Assembly: GCA_030612025.1 (NCBI GenBank)
Contig: JAUWOR010000007.1
Span: 32,332-96,331, forward strand
DNA length: 64,000 bases
Reading direction: 5' to 3'
Source: Dehalococcoidia bacterium
Lineage (GTDB): Bacteria; Chloroflexota; Dehalococcoidia; GIF9; AB-539-J10
Below the pieces are notes generated by a model, which worked only from the letters and a program-made list of their open reading frames with translations, was not told the origin of the DNA and did not search any database. The position numbers were made by a program, and so were the translations under genes. This document shows, piece after piece, positions 60,497 through 64,000 of this stretch (positions are counted from its first letter, which is position 1; each line of letters starts with the position of its first letter).

Positions 60497-62002
60497 CTAC
60501 TGTATTTTCTTAGCCACCTTACGGAAGTGGAATCCATAGATGGCAAGAGTTATGAATAAAGGAAAAAACCGGGGTTTTCTGAGCAAGGTTGAACCAAAAA
60601 GCCTCCAGTAATATCTCCTTCCCTTTTCTTTGACACCCAAAAACCACATGGATTTAACAAGTGCTCTAATCTCGCAAAAGCGGAGTTTGCCCCTCCTTAC
60701 TCTTCGAGGTTTATATTCTCTTAGAAATGTTTTAATCCGCTCGTAATGCTGTCTGGATGAATAAATTGTCTTTACGATATTCTTATAGCCATTGATGAGG
60801 GTTTCACAGTTCATCTTGGGGATGAAGTTGATTGTACCATCTGTATTGTCACCAGAACCGCCCGGCAATAAACGCTTTTCCTTTTTCAGTCGTTGGTATA
60901 GTCTTGTGCCAGGCGGAGCATTTAGCAAACCAACCATTGCAGTAACGATTCCACTCCTCTGAATGAAATTGATTTGACTTTCAAAAATTGAAAGTGGGTC
61001 GCTGTCAAAGCCAACAATAAACCCCCCTTGTACCTGTAATCCATAGTTTTGCATCTTCTTAACTGAGGCTATCAAATCACGATTCATATTTTGAAACTTG
61101 CTACATTCAACTAGGCTCTCCTCATTTGGGGTTTCAATGCCAACAAATACTGTATCAAAGCCTGCTTTGGTCATCAATTGCATTAGCTCTTCATCATCAG
61201 CAAGATTTATAGATGCCTCGGTAAAAAATCCAAAGGGGTATTTTCTCTCCTGTGACCATTCAATTATCGCTGGTAGCGTTTCTGCCTTTAACTTCCTCTT
61301 ATTTCCGATAAAATTATCATCAACAATAAATACGCCATCCCGCCATCCTTGACAATATAATGCCTCAAATTCAGCTACTAGTTGGTGTTTATCCTTTGTC
61401 CGTGGCCTGTGCCCATCTAAGATGATAATATCACAGAATTCACAATTGAAAGGACAGCCTCGAGAATACTGGACACTCATTTCAGCATATTTTTTCATGT
61501 CAATAAGCTCCCAAAGTGGGATAGGTGTTTTTGTTATGTCAGGGTGCTCGTTAGAGGTGTAAATATGTTGAGCACGTCCTTTCTGTAAGTCTTCTAAGAA
61601 GAGTGGAAGTGTAGCTTCGGCCTCACCAAGTACAAAATGGTCTACATCACTAAGCTCAAACTGTTCATATAGCGCAAATTGTTTATATGCCGTGGTAAAA
61701 AGGGGACCACCGGCAACTATTTTAGTATTGAATTTCTTACATCTGGCAATAACTTCCTTCACCGATTCTTTTTGCACAATCATAGCACTGATAAATACAT
61801 AATCAGCCCATTTAATGTTTTCCTCGGTTAAGGTTGTTGTGTTCATATCTACAAGCTTTTTCTGCCACTCATTAGGAAGCATGGCAGCTACAGTTAGTAA
61901 TCCCAAAGGAGGGAAAGCCGCCTTTTTTGAAATGAATCTTAAAGCGTACTTAAAACTCCAGAAGGCATCTGGATATTGTGGATAAACAAGAAGTATTTTC
62001 AA
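60497..62002 (-). CDS. B12-binding radical SAM protein (DUF4070 C-terminus)
   Basis: PPLGLLTVAA, SRGCPFNCEFC, DDNFIG, FIVGFD. Confidence 0.93.
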   Translation of the reverse strand: MKILLVYPQYPDAFWSFKYALRFISKKAAFPPLGLLTVAAMLPNEWQKKLVDMNTTTLTEENIKWADYVFISAMIVQKESVKEVIARCKKFNTKIVAGGPLFTTAYKQFALYEQFELSDVDHFVLGEAEATLPLFLEDLQKGRAQHIYTSNEHPDITKTPIPLWELIDMKKYAEMSVQYSRGCPFNCEFCDIIILDGHRPRTKDKHQLVAEFEALYCQGWRDGVFIVDDNFIGNKRKLKAETLPAIIEWSQERKYPFGFFTEASINLADDEELMQLMTKAGFDTVFVGIETPNEESLVECSKFQNMNRDLIASVKKMQNYGLQVQGGFIVGFDSDPLSIFESQINFIQRSGIVTAMVGLLNAPPGTRLYQRLKKEKRLLPGGSGDNTDGTINFIPKMNCETLINGYKNIVKTIYSSRQHYERIKTFLREYKPRRVRRGKLRFCEIRALVKSMWFLGVKEKGRRYYWRLFGSTLLRKPRFFPLFITLAIYGFHFRKVAKKIQ

Positions 62003-62149
62003 ATCATGCTCTCTTCATGATTAAGGACTGGAGACATAAAGCTAAGCAAGCAACATTAGCAAATGGGTTCACCATTGTCAATATCTATCTCGAAGTCAAA
62101 TAACCAAAGTCAGACATTACTAGTCTCAACGCTCTAGTTCAAGCCAATT

Positions 62150-63643
62150 CTAGATTTGCAGCCCCCCTTTGAGCCGCTGTCTATCAATTTTTCCTGAGCC
62201 AGTCTTGGGTATGCTACCCACAAACTCAAACTTCTTGGGCAACTTAAAGTCAGCTAAGTTCTGACAACAAAAATTGGCTAATTCCTCTGCAGTAGCACCT
62301 TGCCTTTCCTTAAGTACTATAAATGCTATGGGAATCTGCCCACCCTGTGCATCTTTAACTCCTACATAGGCTGCTTCAGCCACACCGGGATGCCTCAAAA
62401 GCACCTCCTCAACCTCCCAGGGAGAAATTTTAAGTCCCGATGAGGTCACTATTATGAAAGATTTCTTTTCCACATACTCAAGGTAACCATCTTCATCCAT
62501 CCTGACCAAATCACCGGTGTGAAACCAGCCATCTTTAAGGACCTGCGCGGTGAGCTCAGGCGCCTTATAGTATTCTTTCATCACCCAGGGGACTTTGAAG
62601 ACAGCCTCCCCTATCTCGCCTTGCGTAACTTCCTTACCACCATCATCTATTACCTTGAGGTCACAAATAGGCTTGCCAACTGTCCCCAGTTTGTGGTTAG
62701 CAAGAGTGCTCATAGAAACAACTGAAAGCTCCGAAAGACCATATGTCTCACAGAGAGTTAAATTGAACTTATCCTCCAGCATCTTCATAAGGCGAGGAGA
62801 GGACTTCGCCCCAGCGGTAGAGGCCACCCTCAAGGAACTAAGGTCATAGCTCTTAATGACCTCATCCCGCAACATAGCCAAAGCATTATGCATTGCCGGA
62901 ACCCCAAAAAGTATGCTTCCTCTCTCCCTCTCTATAGCTTCTAAAACAGCTCTAGGGGTGAAATGAGGGATGATTACCACAGTGGATCCCTTTATAAGGG
63001 AACCAAAAAGAACCTCGCTCAATCCAAAAAGATAGAAGAAAGAAACCGTATCTATAACTACATCTTCTCTGCCTCGCCTTATACCGGCAGAAACTATGTC
63101 AGGAGTCCCCAAAAGGGAAGCATGGGTATACACCACACCCTTTTGTTTCCCTAACACGCCAGAGGTATATATGATAGTAGCCTCATCCTCATCATCTATA
63201 TCAACATCAGGCGATGCAGCAGAACTACCAGCTACCATTGTTTTATAAGAGTCTCCCTCAACTTCTAGAACCTGCCTTAGCAAGGGAATGCCAGGCAAAA
63301 CAGCAGAGAGCATCTGGGAGAATTTGTTCTCAGTTAGGAGGATTTTAGCATCGGAGTCACGCAATAAAGAGCTGATCTCAGGTGCTTTGAGCATAGAACT
63401 CAGAAGTACGGCTACGCCACCAGCCTTAATAACCCCGAAATAATTGATGACCCATTCAGGGCTATGAGACATTAAAATAGCCACATGGTCACCCTTCTCT
63501 ATCCCTAACCCTATAAGGGTGTTGGCTGTCTTGCTAGAAGCTTCCTCCAATTCTCCATAAGTAATCCTTTGAGAACCAAGGACAATAACTTCCTTTTGCG
63601 ACACTTCACTAGCAGTTTTCTCTAACATCTGTTTAATATTCAT
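62150..63643 (-). CDS. Long-chain fatty-acid--CoA ligase family AMP-binding protein
   Basis: YTSG..G..KG, YGLSE, HTGDL, PKTGSGKI. Confidence 0.92.
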   Translation of the reverse strand: MNIKQMLEKTASEVSQKEVIVLGSQRITYGELEEASSKTANTLIGLGIEKGDHVAILMSHSPEWVINYFGVIKAGGVAVLLSSMLKAPEISSLLRDSDAKILLTENKFSQMLSAVLPGIPLLRQVLEVEGDSYKTMVAGSSAASPDVDIDDEDEATIIYTSGVLGKQKGVVYTHASLLGTPDIVSAGIRRGREDVVIDTVSFFYLFGLSEVLFGSLIKGSTVVIIPHFTPRAVLEAIERERGSILFGVPAMHNALAMLRDEVIKSYDLSSLRVASTAGAKSSPRLMKMLEDKFNLTLCETYGLSELSVVSMSTLANHKLGTVGKPICDLKVIDDGGKEVTQGEIGEAVFKVPWVMKEYYKAPELTAQVLKDGWFHTGDLVRMDEDGYLEYVEKKSFIIVTSSGLKISPWEVEEVLLRHPGVAEAAYVGVKDAQGGQIPIAFIVLKERQGATAEELANFCCQNLADFKLPKKFEFVGSIPKTGSGKIDRQRLKGGLQI

Positions 63644-63734
63644 CCTTCTATTTGCACGAGAGTAGAGCCTCACGCTACCTCCAAGAGATATTTGCCAAAA
63701 GTATATCACTCGTGTCAATACTTGACAGGCAGTA

Positions 63735-64000
63735 TGTTGTTGTCCAGCGAAAATGTCACCTTAATTGTTCAGCGAATTTGTCACCCCCTATCGATATGGA
63801 TTCTAAAAGGCCTACGCCAGGGATGGTCTGGGCCAGGTTTAGTGTAGTGAGTAAGCTTCGGTTGCGGAGTTTTCTTCGCCTTGATGATGGGGACGGCAAG
63901 TTTATCAGAATTAGCCATGCCTGGCATAACACGAGCTGTACTCCTCGCCCTGAGCACTGGAGCCTCTGGCGGTGCTGGTTTGGCAGCCAGGCAGTGTCCT
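63735..64000 (-). mobile_element. End of an IS1202/ISNCY-like element; transposase C-terminus 63781-64000, partial
   Basis: Terminal TGT plus tandem sites tgtccagcgaaaatgtcacc / tgttcagcgaatttgtcacc; ORF ends KPGPDHPWRRPF. Confidence 0.8.

Overview
Bacterial chromosomal segment. The gene set (GuaB3, acVLRF1, FBP aldolase/phosphatase, archaeal-like MetG and endonuclease IV, several DegV paralogs) suggests an uncultured Chloroflexota, probably Dehalococcoidia; this is inference. Layout: (i) 1-10.7 kb is a mosaic amino-acid/redox block (AGCS transporter, creatininase, alr, glyA, cysteine-synthase-like, ArgE, pntAB) with gene fragments and MITE/REP-like repeats. (ii) Core genes follow (nfo, ftsH, metG, guaB3). 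(iii) An ~11.6 kb defence/TA-rich island lies between an intact tRNA-Thr(CGT) and a displaced 5' half of the same tRNA. (iv) More core metabolism follows (aroH/aroF, ribF, tyrS, serA, purL, rpsU, CCA enzyme, ispE, rsmA, cobO, fbp, dnaN, DegV cluster), and an IS1202-like end closes the window. Most notable: two related IS1595-family cargo transposons with TIRs and 8-bp target duplications that carry different TA/nuclease cargo and share an unannotated 38-aa antisense micro-ORF; a HigBA-like operon with a ChAD-like antitoxin tail and a non-SecB third gene; an HTH plus MORC-like GHKL ATPase pair; a helically phased palindrome array; nested hairpin-in-MITE repeats; and an aromatic-rich leader peptide upstream of metG. 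All product calls come from motif recognition by eye; no searches were run.
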